Assembly (NCBI GenBank): GCA_003518055.1
Contig: DOZJ01000002.1
Location: 170,137 to 234,136 of the forward strand
DNA: 64,000 nt
Source of the DNA: Candidatus Falkowbacteria bacterium
GTDB lineage: Bacteria > Patescibacteriota > Patescibacteriia > UBA11705
Direction: 5' to 3'
The position numbers and the translations under genes were made by a program. A model generated the notes under the pieces. The model was not told the origin of the DNA and made no database searches. It saw only the letters and a program-made list of their open reading frames with translations. Each line of letters opens with the position of its first letter. Position 1 is the first letter of the stretch. This document shows positions 39,889 to 50,351 of this stretch, one piece after another.

Positions 39889-41778
39889 ATGTTCAACGCC
39901 AAAGACGCCCTCACCGAGAAACCCGAAGTCCCAGAAGTGGAGCTGAACGAGTTGGAAAAAGAAAAAAAGATTGAGACGCAAAGCGAGGCGAGTCAAAAAT
40001 TGATTGAAGAAGAAAAGACTTACCGACAGGGTATCGTCTCGGTTTTGGATTTGGTGGCTCCGGCCGGCTTTGAAGTCAAACCGTCTTTTATCAAGCTTGG
40101 CAGTTGGTACGCTCGGACTCTGTTTGTCATGACTTATCCTCGGTATATATCGGTTGGCTGGTTTGCCCCGATCATTAATTACAATTCATCTCTCGACATC
40201 AGCATGTTCTTTTATCCCATGCCCTCGGAAATGGTTTTGAAACAGCTCAAAAAACAAGTCGGTATTTTGCAGGCCGCTCTCAATATGGCCGCGGAAAAAA
40301 GCAAGCCACGCGATCCGCTCCGAGAAACCGCTCTGCGCGATATTGAACAGCTTCGTGATGATCTGACTCAGGGAACGGAAAAGTTTTTTCAATTTGGTTT
40401 GTATACCACTCTATACTCCAAATCAGAGGATGAACTCGACAAGCTAACCGAAGATGTTGAAGCGGTTTTCGGTTCACGCATGGTCTACACCAAACGGGTC
40501 TTTTATCAATCTGAGCAGGGTTTCAATTCAACCTTGCCGATCGGGAATGATGAGTTGATGATTACCGCCAATTTGAATTCCTCGCCGATCGCGTCGTCTT
40601 TTCCATTTATATCATCTGACCTGTCATCCGAAGAAGGTATTTTATATGGCATCAACCGCCACAACAATAGCTTGATTATTTTTGATCGTTTCAGTTTGCA
40701 AAACGCCAACTGCACGGTTTTCGCTACTTCCGGCGCCGGTAAAAGTTATACCATTAAGTTAGAAGTATTTCGGTCGATGATGATGGGGACTGATGTGATT
40801 ATTATCGATCCGGAGCGTGAATATAAACTTTTATCAGACGCGGTTGGCGGTACTTACGTCAATATTTCACTCAATTCCGAGAGCAAGATCAATCCCTTTG
40901 ATTTACCCCGAGCTGTTGGCGAAGATTCTTCGGTTGAGGACGTCATCAGGAGCGCGGTCATCAGCGTTAAGGGGTTATTGAAACTCATGTTGGGCAAACT
41001 GACTTTTCAAGAAGACACCATCTTGGATCGGGCGTTGATTGAAACTTATGCCAAAAAAGATATTACTCCCGACAGCGATTTGGACAAAGTCGAACCGCCG
41101 TTGATGCAGGATTTATTTGATGTGCTCGATGGCATGGAGGGCGGCGCTGATTTGGCGTTGCGCCTGCGCAAATACACCACCGGCACCTTTTCCGGCCTTT
41201 TCAACGCGCCCACCAATGTGGATATGGCTAATCAGCTGGTCACTTTTTCCGTTCGAGATTTGGAAGATGAGTTGCGGCCGATGGCATTGTATAATATTAT
41301 AAATTATGTCTGGAGCGTGGTGCGGTCAGAGTTGAAAAAAAGAATTTTGGTCGTGGATGAAGCTTGGTGGCTTATGATGTATGATGATTCGGCCAAGTTT
41401 TTGCATGGATTGGTCAAGCGTGGCCGTAAATACTATCTTGGTATTACCACCATTACTCAGGACGTCAATGACTTTCTAACCTCTAAATATGGTCCCGGTA
41501 TTGTGAATAACTCAGCGCTAAAAATTCTACTAAAACAATCATCATCAGCCATTGATGTTATTGTCAAAACATTCGGGTTAACCGACGGTGAAAAGATGTT
41601 GCTGCTCGAAAGTAATGTCGGCGAGGGGATTTTCTTTGCCGGCGCCAAACACGCGGCCATCAAAGTGGTTGCTTCCGGCCTCGAAGATTCGATTATCACC
41701 TCCAACCCGGCGCAGCTTTTGGAAATGGAGAAAAAGCGTAAAGCCGCGATTGAATCCGAACAGCCACCTGAACGCTAA
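39889..41778 (+). CDS. VirB4-like ATPase
   Basis: Walker A ATSGAGKS, IIDPEREY, Walker B LVVDEAW, RGRKY, TQDV. Confidence 0.9.
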   Translation: MFNAKDALTEKPEVPEVELNELEKEKKIETQSEASQKLIEEEKTYRQGIVSVLDLVAPAGFEVKPSFIKLGSWYARTLFVMTYPRYISVGWFAPIINYNSSLDISMFFYPMPSEMVLKQLKKQVGILQAALNMAAEKSKPRDPLRETALRDIEQLRDDLTQGTEKFFQFGLYTTLYSKSEDELDKLTEDVEAVFGSRMVYTKRVFYQSEQGFNSTLPIGNDELMITANLNSSPIASSFPFISSDLSSEEGILYGINRHNNSLIIFDRFSLQNANCTVFATSGAGKSYTIKLEVFRSMMMGTDVIIIDPEREYKLLSDAVGGTYVNISLNSESKINPFDLPRAVGEDSSVEDVIRSAVISVKGLLKLMLGKLTFQEDTILDRALIETYAKKDITPDSDLDKVEPPLMQDLFDVLDGMEGGADLALRLRKYTTGTFSGLFNAPTNVDMANQLVTFSVRDLEDELRPMALYNIINYVWSVVRSELKKRILVVDEAWWLMMYDDSAKFLHGLVKRGRKYYLGITTITQDVNDFLTSKYGPGIVNNSALKILLKQSSSAIDVIVKTFGLTDGEKMLLLESNVGEGIFFAGAKHAAIKVVASGLEDSIITSNPAQLLEMEKKRKAAIESEQPPER

Positions 41779-41833
41779 ATTTTCTCAATCTGTCTTACCA
41801 ATTAATTTCGATTAATTTCTTAATCATTTCAAT

Positions 41834-41911
41834 CCCGCTTCTCGCGAGAGGCGGGATCAATCTCTCAATTCTCTTAATCTCTTAATTCTCTTAATCTCTT
41901 AATTCTCTCTC
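41834..41911. repeat. Palindrome ATCCCGC...GCGGGAT plus (AATTCTCTT/AATCTCTT)n tandem repeat
   Basis: Directly visible in the intergenic region. Confidence 0.7.
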
Positions 41912-41912
41912 T

Positions 41913-42473
41913 ATGTACTGGACCAGAAAAAAAATTATAATCGCGATTATCGTTTTAGCCGCGGTTGTGGCTGGTATTTTAATTTTTTATCTTTGGCGGA
42001 GCCAGACCCGCGACACCTCAAAAGAACTTGGTCCCGGCTCAGTTAATAAAACCCGGGTTTTGACCTACCAAGCACCCGAGTTGACTGAAGCGGAAAAAAA
42101 CAGTTTGGCATTAACCAATATTTCACGCTCTTTTGCTGAACGATTCGGCACGGCATCAAGTCAGACTGTGGAACTTGGTTTCAGTGAACTCAAGGCCGTG
42201 ATGACCGACAGCTTCTATCAATGGGCCGGCACCACCTATCAGAACCGCTTAGCCTCTGAGTTGAAATCAGACGGAGCGTATGCGGTGTTAACCACCGAGG
42301 CGCTGGCTGTTGAGGTTAGTGAGCTGGCGGCTGATAAGGCCGTGGTAATTGTGGAAACGACCCGCGTAAAAAAAATGCCTGATTCAGATCCGATCAATTA
42401 CAAACAAAAGCTGACCTTGAATTTTTTGAACCAAGGCGGAGAATGGAAAGTTGACGGAGCTTATTGGCAATGA
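41913..42473 (+). CDS. Bitopic NTF2-like (VirB8/TcpC-like) protein
   Basis: N-terminal TM; SFAERFGT; ends GEWKVDGAYW. Confidence 0.6.
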   Translation: MYWTRKKIIIAIIVLAAVVAGILIFYLWRSQTRDTSKELGPGSVNKTRVLTYQAPELTEAEKNSLALTNISRSFAERFGTASSQTVELGFSELKAVMTDSFYQWAGTTYQNRLASELKSDGAYAVLTTEALAVEVSELAADKAVVIVETTRVKKMPDSDPINYKQKLTLNFLNQGGEWKVDGAYWQ

Positions 42474-43171
42474 TCGGCGGGGGCATAAAAAACTTGCTCC
42501 TCGACTGGTTATTCCCGCGGCAGTGCGTGGTTTGCGGCCGGGGTGATAGTTATTTTTGTCTCAAATGTCAAAGCCAACTGCATGTTCTCGAACCGAAATT
42601 GTGTGTGATCTGCAATCAGCTGGTAGCGGAGACAGGTGTTTGTGTTGATTGCCGGGAGCATGTTTTTTTTGATCACGCTGTGATTCCGGTTCGCTACAAG
42701 GGTACTGTGATCGAACCGGTTATTCATGAATTCAAATTTGGCTTTATTGAAGATTTGGGTGTATATCTCGCCGGATTAATCATCGCCAAATTCAGAGCTC
42801 AGAATTTTAAACATGATGAAAATGTCTTGGTGATTCCAATTCCTCTGCATCGAAAGCGGTTGGCTGAACGCGGATTCAACCAAAGCTCGATTCTCGCCCG
42901 CCAGATGGCCGAAGAATTGGGCTTGAATTTTAATGACAACCTGTTACGGCGGACAAAATCGACCGCCCAGCAAGCCAAATTAGATCGAACCGAACGAATC
43001 AAGAATTTAACCGATGCCTTCAGCTTGTCTGATAGCGGATTGGTTGCCGGCAAAACAATGATTTTAGTCGATGACGTTATGACTTCGGGGACAACAATGA
43101 ACGAAGCGGCCAAGTGCCTTAAAGCTGCGGGTGCGTCCACGGTCATTGCCGCTGCCGTCGCCCACAATTAA
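42470..43171 (+). CDS. comF: ComF family competence protein (zinc ribbon + PRTase)
   Basis: Four CxxC pairs, RGFNQS, ILVDDVMTSGTT. Confidence 0.9.
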   Translation: MIGGGIKNLLLDWLFPRQCVVCGRGDSYFCLKCQSQLHVLEPKLCVICNQLVAETGVCVDCREHVFFDHAVIPVRYKGTVIEPVIHEFKFGFIEDLGVYLAGLIIAKFRAQNFKHDENVLVIPIPLHRKRLAERGFNQSSILARQMAEELGLNFNDNLLRRTKSTAQQAKLDRTERIKNLTDAFSLSDSGLVAGKTMILVDDVMTSGTTMNEAAKCLKAAGASTVIAAAVAHN

Positions 43172-43177
43172 CAATCT

Positions 43178-44269
43178 ATGCGTATTATTTTGTCCGGCGG
43201 CGGCACCATGGGTTCAGTTTCTCCGCTGCTTGCCGTATATGAAAAACTCAAAGACCGCCGTGAAGTCGACGCGCTCTGGCTGGGGACTTCAACCGGGCCT
43301 GAAGCGGCGATCGTCGGCGCTTATAATATAAAATTTTCCGCGTTGCCGGCCGGCAAATTTCGGCGTTATTTTGATTGGCATAATCTGACGGATATTTTTC
43401 TCATTCTGTTCGGTTTTCTCAAATCATTATGGCTTGTTTATCGCTTCAAACCCGATCTCGTGTTGACCGCCGGCAGCTATGTCTGTGTGCCGGTTGCTTA
43501 CGCGGCCAAAGTGTTCAAAAAACGGTTGATTGTCCATCAGCAGGACCTCCAAATCGGTCTGGCAAATAAATTAATGCAGCCATTGGCGGACAAGATTACC
43601 TTGGCGGTGTCTGAACTGCGGGACAAATATTCGCAGCCGGACAAACTCGTTGTGACCGGCAATCCCACCCGAGATTTTCTATTTCACGGTTTAAGTGAGC
43701 GGGCCGTCACTCGATTCAGCTTAGCGCCTGAATTACCGGTACTGCTTATTATGGGTGGGGGTGTTGGCTCAGAGATCATCAACAAAGTCTTTATTGAATC
43801 CGCCGCCAAACTGACCGAATTTTGTCAGGTGATTCACGCGGTCGGCAAGGGTGATCAGACCAAATGGCTGTTGTCTCCGGCCATCGAGAATAATCGCCGT
43901 TATCATGCGGTGGAATTTTTGGGCCCTGAGTTGGCTGATGTTTATGCCGCGACTACGGTATTTTTTGGCCGCGCCGGCTTTGGCACGCTGACCGAGTTGG
44001 CCGCCTTGGGTAAACCGGCGGTCGTCATGCCCATCCCCGACAACCAGCAAGAAAAAAACGCCGAGTTTTTTCACCGCCAAAAAGCGGTCGTCTATGTCCG
44101 TCAAGCGGATTTCTCGGGCGAATACATAATCAATTTATTAGCTGATTTATTATCTCGGCCAAAACGATTATCCGAATTGAGCCTCAATATCCAAAGGGTC
44201 CTGCCTGAACAGGCGGCAGACAAATACGCCGAGCTTATTTGTGACTTGTTGGGGGAATTCGACTCTTGA
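43178..44269 (+). CDS. murG: UDP-GlcNAc:lipid I GlcNAc transferase
   Basis: SGGGTMGS, GKFRRYF, TGNP, RAGFGTLTE, QQEKNA. Confidence 0.9.
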   Translation: MRIILSGGGTMGSVSPLLAVYEKLKDRREVDALWLGTSTGPEAAIVGAYNIKFSALPAGKFRRYFDWHNLTDIFLILFGFLKSLWLVYRFKPDLVLTAGSYVCVPVAYAAKVFKKRLIVHQQDLQIGLANKLMQPLADKITLAVSELRDKYSQPDKLVVTGNPTRDFLFHGLSERAVTRFSLAPELPVLLIMGGGVGSEIINKVFIESAAKLTEFCQVIHAVGKGDQTKWLLSPAIENNRRYHAVEFLGPELADVYAATTVFFGRAGFGTLTELAALGKPAVVMPIPDNQQEKNAEFFHRQKAVVYVRQADFSGEYIINLLADLLSRPKRLSELSLNIQRVLPEQAADKYAELICDLLGEFDS

Positions 44270-44389
44270 CATCAGCCCTATTTTACGCTAGAATGTAGGA
44301 GAAATGTCATATCTTGGTGGCGAATGGATAAATTGTATGGTTTTGTTTTTTTAGAATTTGTAATTTAGTATTTAGAATTTAATCATTAC

Positions 44390-44466
44390 GGGTCCTTAGC
44401 TCAGTCGGTTAGAGCGCCAGCCTTTTAAGCTGGGCGTCCTGGGTTCGATTCCCAGAGGACCCACCA
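44390..44466 (+). tRNA. tRNA-Lys(TTT)
   Basis: Acceptor GGGTCCT/AGGACCC, anticodon loop CTTTTAA, GGTTCGATT, encoded CCA. Confidence 0.95.
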
Positions 44467-44498
44467 AAAAATAGCGATCAGTTCGTTATTTTTTGTTT

Positions 44499-44704
44499 AC
44501 CGGGTCCTCAGCCACACACAAGTGTGTGTGGCGTTGGGAATCGAAGGCCGGAGCGATGCGCGACGAATACTGGTGAGGAGCGCCGCGAGGCCGGGCCCGG
44601 AGCGACGAGCCGGGAGGCGAGGAGACGGAGGGGATTCCCAGAGCCTGCCTACCGGCAGGCAGGGACCCACCAAAAAATAGCGATCAGTTCGTTATTTTTT
44701 GTTT
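44499..44704. mobile_element. tRNA-Lys-anchored element with inverted and direct copies of the tRNA 3' end
   Basis: 44447-44498 is repeated at 44633-44704 with a 20-bp insert; inverted copy at 44502-44545. Confidence 0.75.
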
Positions 44705-44854
44705 TCCTTGTTTGATCAAGTGCTTTCCTTGGTTCAATAAGTAGTCAGAAATAATTTATAAAAAATACCCGACGGGTATTTTTTATTTTTTGCAATTATT
44801 GCTAATCGGTCGACCAGTTTTTTTTGACCAAGACGCTATTTGGATTGTGGCCGG

Positions 44855-45208
44855 TCACGTTTTTTTCGCATTTCGATAGCTCCCGATAAAAAGCTTATAA
44901 CATATGTAATATCCCGCCATTCCAATGATCAAATCCCAAGTTTTATCCGTCAATGTTTCGACTTTGAATAAAATTTCTCCGGCCGTAAATTCAAAAATTT
45001 CCCACATGATCATGAGTAGAAATATCATGACGTGGGCTTTCCAGTTGGTCGCTTGGGGCCATTTCCACGCGACAATCAGCCCGATTGTGATGCCGGTAAT
45101 AAGATGCACCCAGCTCCAACGGTCAATCATCAGGCCATCAATTTTAATGTATGGTTTATTGAGCCAGGCATCGACTGTATTCATCAGAATAAGGATTGTT
45201 TCTACCAT
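44855..45208 (-). CDS. Small membrane protein
   Basis: Three TM; DRWSWVH...WEIFE...D pattern. Confidence 0.7.
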   Translation of the reverse strand: MVETILILMNTVDAWLNKPYIKIDGLMIDRWSWVHLITGITIGLIVAWKWPQATNWKAHVMIFLLMIMWEIFEFTAGEILFKVETLTDKTWDLIIGMAGYYICYKLFIGSYRNAKKT

Positions 45209-45331
45209 AAATTTGGGTTAAATTCACTAAAAGTATACTCCTAATTCGGTCAACAGCCAAATTTTTTTTCTCCATGATTTATGGTATAATAAACAAAGAA
45301 ACCAAGTTGATTGCTTGCCATTTTTTGGCTT

Positions 45332-47995
45332 ATGAAATTTCACAACATTCTCTGGTACAATTATTCCCCGGCCGAATGTTTCACCCTGCTTGAAAGCAGT
45401 GAGGTTGGCCTCAGTGAAAAAGACGCCTTGAAACGGCTGAGAACTTTTGGTTTCAATCGATTGCCGCGGTCAAAACGCGCCTCGGACTGGCTGATATTTG
45501 TCCGCCAATTTAACAATATCCTAGTTTATATTCTGCTGGGCGCCGCGGCGTTGTCGATATTGCTTGGCGAATATGCAGACTTAGCGATTATTCTCATGGC
45601 GGTTTTTATTAATATCATTGTCGGCTTTATTCAGGAACGTAAAGCGGAGACTCAACTGGATCTCCTCCGTGATTACATCAGCTATGAAACCAAAGTCATC
45701 CGTGATGGTTTGATTCATGTAATTAAAGCTGAGGAGTTAACCCCCGGTGACGTGGTGATCCTAGAGTCTGGCAATCAAGTGCCGGCTGATATCCGACTGT
45801 TTGACGTCCATTCTTTGTCTTGTTCCGAAGCCGTCTTGACCGGTGAGTCGGCTCCGGTGAGTAAACATACCAGGCAATTATCTTCAGATATTACCAAAAA
45901 GTCTTTGGTCGTTGATCGGAAATGTATGGTGTTTAAGGGGACGGTGATAGCCGAAGGCCGGGCAAAGGGTGTGGTCGTTTCTACCGGCCAGTTTACCGAA
46001 ATCGGGAAAATCGCTTCCCTGCTTGAAAAAACTGAAAACGAAGAAACTCCGCTGCAGTTTCGATTAAAAACCTTCAGCCGCGTTTTAGGCTTGTCAATTT
46101 TAGCGGTGGCGGGTGCGATCGTTATTATCGGTGTTTTGCGTGGATTATCTTTTTGGGATATTGTTTTGGTGGCGATGGCGGTGGCCGTCTCCGCCGTGCC
46201 GGAGGGGTTACTCGTTGCGGTCACGGTTATTTTAGCCATTGGCATGCAGCGGATACTCAAGAAAAACGCCCTGGTGCGGACATTAGTGGCCGCCGAAACG
46301 CTTGGCAGCACCTCAGTTATTTGCGTGGATAAGACGGGGACGATCACTGAAGGCCGGATGCAAGCTAAAGAAGTGGTTTTCTGGCACGACAGTCTTGAGC
46401 TGACCGCAAAAAAGCCGTCAAGACTGGATCCGGCGATGGAGAAATTTTTACAAACTTCTTTGCTCGTCAACAACGCCGATATTGACGTGGCCGACGGCCA
46501 CGAATTGATTGGTTCTCCGACCGAGCGGGCCATCCTGAGTGGTTCCATGGAATTGAATTACAGTCTTGACCGATTAGTCGATATTGAACGTTTGCTCGAG
46601 ATTCCATTTCAGTCTAGTACAAAATCAATGTACACATTAAACAGGGATGGAAAGAAGTTTATTTGGGCGATGAAGGGCGCGCCAGAAGTGGTTCTGGCGC
46701 AATGTTCTGAATTTGTTTCCGGTCAAAACAAGATAGTGTTCACGCCAAAATATCGATCCTTGTGGCAAAAGATGTTTGATTCTTATTCTCGCCGCGGCTA
46801 TCGGCTTTTGGCTGTGGCCGGAGTGGTTGCGCCTTCTGACGACTCCAGTTATTACCGTGAGAAAAAATTGGTTTTTTATGGTTTTTGGGTGATCGAAGAT
46901 CCGTTAAGGCCAGACATCGCTGCTACAATTTCTCAAGTCAATCAAGCGGGGATTCGTCCGATTATGATTACAGGGGATCATCAGTTGACCGCTTCGGAAA
47001 TTGCGCGTCAGATCGGATTGCCAGTGGGTGAGGGCTCAGTCATGGAAGGTCAAGAGTTGATGATCGCATCAAGTGATGATCTGAAAATCAAGGTTCGGCA
47101 AGTCTCAGTTTTCGCTCGGGTTTCACCCGAGGACAAATTGAAAATTGTTGAAGCGCTGCAATCAAACGGCGAAGTCGTGGCGATGACCGGCGACGGGGTC
47201 AACGATGCTCCCGCGCTGAAAGCCGCCGATATCGGAATCGCCGTTGGCACCGGTACCGATGTGGCCAAAGAAACCGCAGATATGGTGCTGCTTGATAATA
47301 ATTTTCGGACGATTGTTTTAGCGGTTGAGCAGGGGCGGATTATTTATAGTAATATAAAAAAAGTGATTGTGTATCTATTGGCGGACAGCTTTAGCGAACT
47401 GGTACTCATTGTCGGTAGTTTATTGGCTGGGTTGCCGCTTCCGATCACTGCCGCCCAGATTCTTTGGGTCAATCTGATCACTGACGGTTTCCCGGCTGCG
47501 GCCTTGACCGTTGAGGCCGGTGAACAGGGAATTATGAAACAGCCGCCGATCAAAAAAAACCGCAAACTTTTGGATCGTGAAATGAAAACATTGATTTTTG
47601 TCATTGGTCTTTTTTCCGACATTGTGCTCTTTATCCTCTATAATTGGCTGCTTGGTCAGGGTTGGAATATTGATCACGTTCGTACGGTTATATTTGCCGG
47701 ATTGGGGTTGAATTCGCTGCTGTATGTTTTCAGCTGCAAGAGTCTGATTCGACCGCTTTGGCGGATAAATATTTTTGATAATGTTTATCTCCTTCTGGCG
47801 GTTGCGGGCGGCCTTCTGCTTCAAGTGGTCCCAATTTATCTGCCCGGATTAAATTCAGTGCTTGGTTTACGGCCATTGGGATTGGTTGAATGGGGTATGG
47901 TTGTCACTTTTGCGCTTATGCAGGTCGTTTTAATCGAGTTGACTAAAATATTTTATCGCTTACGCACTAAACGTCAATATGAAAGTTTTGCTTAA
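45332..47995 (+). CDS. P2A-type cation (Ca2+)-transporting ATPase
   Basis: TGES, PEGL, DKTGT, KGAPE, TGD, GDGVND, QILWVNLITD. Confidence 0.92.
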   Translation: MKFHNILWYNYSPAECFTLLESSEVGLSEKDALKRLRTFGFNRLPRSKRASDWLIFVRQFNNILVYILLGAAALSILLGEYADLAIILMAVFINIIVGFIQERKAETQLDLLRDYISYETKVIRDGLIHVIKAEELTPGDVVILESGNQVPADIRLFDVHSLSCSEAVLTGESAPVSKHTRQLSSDITKKSLVVDRKCMVFKGTVIAEGRAKGVVVSTGQFTEIGKIASLLEKTENEETPLQFRLKTFSRVLGLSILAVAGAIVIIGVLRGLSFWDIVLVAMAVAVSAVPEGLLVAVTVILAIGMQRILKKNALVRTLVAAETLGSTSVICVDKTGTITEGRMQAKEVVFWHDSLELTAKKPSRLDPAMEKFLQTSLLVNNADIDVADGHELIGSPTERAILSGSMELNYSLDRLVDIERLLEIPFQSSTKSMYTLNRDGKKFIWAMKGAPEVVLAQCSEFVSGQNKIVFTPKYRSLWQKMFDSYSRRGYRLLAVAGVVAPSDDSSYYREKKLVFYGFWVIEDPLRPDIAATISQVNQAGIRPIMITGDHQLTASEIARQIGLPVGEGSVMEGQELMIASSDDLKIKVRQVSVFARVSPEDKLKIVEALQSNGEVVAMTGDGVNDAPALKAADIGIAVGTGTDVAKETADMVLLDNNFRTIVLAVEQGRIIYSNIKKVIVYLLADSFSELVLIVGSLLAGLPLPITAAQILWVNLITDGFPAAALTVEAGEQGIMKQPPIKKNRKLLDREMKTLIFVIGLFSDIVLFILYNWLLGQGWNIDHVRTVIFAGLGLNSLLYVFSCKSLIRPLWRINIFDNVYLLLAVAGGLLLQVVPIYLPGLNSVLGLRPLGLVEWGMVVTFALMQVVLIELTKIFYRLRTKRQYESFA

Positions 47996-48758
47996 AAAAA
48001 TTCACTGGCAGGAAAATGAAAAGATCGTTTTGATCGCCAAACAATCATGGGTGGTTGTAATCCCCCACATCATGGTTAGTTTGATTATTGTGCTGCTGGA
48101 TTTCTTTTTGATGTTTTATTTTATTACATTCGGTCTTGGCGGGCTGTTGCTTTTCTTGGCAGTTTTGCTCGTCACGATATATTATCTTGGAAAGATCTTT
48201 TATCTCTGGCAGTCAAACTTGATTTGTCTCACCGATCAGCGAGTAATTGATGTTCAGCAAGCAAAAATCGCCAAGCCGATAATCAAATTTGTATCGTTGT
48301 CAAAAATTAAAAATATTTCCATTGATTTTCGGTCGCTCAAACAGAAAGTGCTTCGCTATGGACAGCTCAAACTGGTGATCGAAGGGCTGCCGAAGACGTA
48401 TATTATTTTTAACCAAAGCAAACCTGACCGTTTGTTGAAAGCGATCAATGAACAAATTTATCGGATGAATCACGATGGTGCCGATCCTGACCCTTTTATT
48501 GATGATGATACTTTGTCCGAATCTGAGCCGGCCGTTACCGAGCCGGAAGTTGAATCCGTCGATACTTCAATTTTACAAGAGCCGTTGGACCATAAATCCG
48601 AGTCGAGCGCAGTTGTAACCGACGTCAATTTTACGCACAAGCCATTGGATCAAGTTGAGACCATTCTCGATCAGATTCACGACCTTAGCCCGGACGATCA
48701 GCGATTTATCCTGGAAACGCTGAAAGCCCAGAGCTCTGATTCGGAGCGAAAAACATGA
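47979..48758 (+). CDS. Bacterial PH-domain membrane protein
   Basis: Two TM then LTDQRVIDV...YGQL. Confidence 0.7.
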   Translation: MKVLLKKIHWQENEKIVLIAKQSWVVVIPHIMVSLIIVLLDFFLMFYFITFGLGGLLLFLAVLLVTIYYLGKIFYLWQSNLICLTDQRVIDVQQAKIAKPIIKFVSLSKIKNISIDFRSLKQKVLRYGQLKLVIEGLPKTYIIFNQSKPDRLLKAINEQIYRMNHDGADPDPFIDDDTLSESEPAVTEPEVESVDTSILQEPLDHKSESSAVVTDVNFTHKPLDQVETILDQIHDLSPDDQRFILETLKAQSSDSERKT

Positions 48759-48801
48759 TTTAACCCCAAGGGTAAAATGTGCTATAATAACGCCATAGTT
48801 T

Positions 48802-49209
48802 ATGCATTCACGTCCAACAACCGTCAAGGCCAGAAAGAGTTTGTCTAAAATTACATTATTTATTATCTTTATTTTTGTCTTCGGGCTGGTGTTTTTTAGC
48901 ATCAAGGAATACATTAATAAAAAGAAATTGGACGCCGAGATTTTGGCTTTAAATCAGGAATTACAGACTCTTACTGCGGCTAAACAGGATTTCCTGCAAA
49001 CCATTGATCATTATAATAGCGATTTTTTTGTTGAACAGGAGGCTCGAACCAAATTGAACATGAAGAAGCCCGGAGAAAACGTCGTGGTGGTCAAGTTAGA
49101 CGACGTCAATCGAGTTAACGCTGAGACTGACGGCGCGAATGCAAATTATACCGCCGGCGGCTCCATGTCCAATTTTGTCCGATGGTGGAATTTCTTTTTT
49201 AATCATTAA
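48802..49209 (+). CDS. Septum formation initiator (DivIC/FtsB family)
   Basis: TM, coiled coil, EQEARTKLNMKKPGE. Confidence 0.85.
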   Translation: MHSRPTTVKARKSLSKITLFIIFIFVFGLVFFSIKEYINKKKLDAEILALNQELQTLTAAKQDFLQTIDHYNSDFFVEQEARTKLNMKKPGENVVVVKLDDVNRVNAETDGANANYTAGGSMSNFVRWWNFFFNH

Positions 49210-49217
49210 GAATTAGT

Positions 49218-50219
49218 ATGAAATACAAAAACAGTTGGCATTTTTTTGGGGCTCACATCGCAACTCGGGTAACAAAATGGAGCAAAAAAACATTTCGACG
49301 CTGGCAGCAGTCTAAAAACAAAAAAAGGTATATTTCAATGGCGATTCTTTTTGTCGTCGCCCTTGTTTTCATTTTTTCAGCGGTTGGACTATTGGCTTAT
49401 CGTCAACCAACCAACTCCAAAATTGTTAATGGAGCGATTCGAATTTTTCCCTATCCAGCGGCGATCGTAAACGGTGATATGATTACGTTATATGACTGGC
49501 AGTATGAATATTTTGCTTGGAAAAAAGCTAGTGAATTGGAAGGCTCTCAGGTCAGCGACGATCAAATCAGGAGCGATGTCTTGAACAAGCTGGTGTATGA
49601 CCGCGTGCTTTTGGATTTTGCTCGTAAATATGACATTAAAGTCACTGACGAAGAAATGGATTATGAATTAATCAATCTTGCGAAACAAGATTTTGGGACG
49701 GTGGAAAAATTTGAACAGGAAATCAAGGAAACATTTGGCTGGAGTTTGTCTGAATTTAAAAGTCGGATTTTATATAATTCTCTCGTTAATCAAAAATTGA
49801 CAGCGATGTACGCAGCCGACACCAATAACAAAGATCAGACCAAAAAACAAGTTGAATCGATCCGAGAACAATTGGTGGCCGGGGGAGATTTTGCCGTATT
49901 GGCCAAACAATATAGTCAAGACCCTGGATCGGCCGCCACCGGAGGTGATTTGGGCTGGTTCAAACGTGGCGTTATGGTCAAAGAATTTGAAGATGCCGCC
50001 TTTGCTTTGGAACCGGGTGTTTTGAGCGAAATTATTGAAACCCAATATGGATACCACATTCTGCTTGTAACTGAGAAAAAAGCCGCCACGGCCGACAGTG
50101 AAGAAGAGGTGAAAGTCAGCCACATTCTGATTTCACTCGAGACCTTTCAGACTGTTTTGGATCGGGCCGTTGATGAAGCCAAGGTGGTAAAATTTATTAA
50201 GGTACAAAAAAACAACTAA
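49218..50219 (+). CDS. PrsA/SurA-like parvulin peptidyl-prolyl isomerase
   Basis: FAVLAKQYSQDPGSA..GGDLGW..MVKEFE..GYHI. Confidence 0.9.
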   Translation: MKYKNSWHFFGAHIATRVTKWSKKTFRRWQQSKNKKRYISMAILFVVALVFIFSAVGLLAYRQPTNSKIVNGAIRIFPYPAAIVNGDMITLYDWQYEYFAWKKASELEGSQVSDDQIRSDVLNKLVYDRVLLDFARKYDIKVTDEEMDYELINLAKQDFGTVEKFEQEIKETFGWSLSEFKSRILYNSLVNQKLTAMYAADTNNKDQTKKQVESIREQLVAGGDFAVLAKQYSQDPGSAATGGDLGWFKRGVMVKEFEDAAFALEPGVLSEIIETQYGYHILLVTEKKAATADSEEEVKVSHILISLETFQTVLDRAVDEAKVVKFIKVQKNN

Positions 50220-50351
50220 TAACAGTTGTCTATCCGCCTGCCGCAGTCTTCGCTCTCATTATAATAAACGGCTGTGCCATTCCTAGCTCGTTTGAAAAGT
50301 TATGGTACTGGCCGCGCCAGCCGAAGCTCATGTGAAACAATGAGCGAAGGC

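Noticed and set aside
32821-41778. Conjugative element
   Set aside because: No relaxase, coupling protein or integrase, and the cluster is embedded in housekeeping genes.
44524-44715. 63-aa ORF containing PAYRQAG
   Set aside because: It is a translation of the tRNA-derived element and its palindromic insert.
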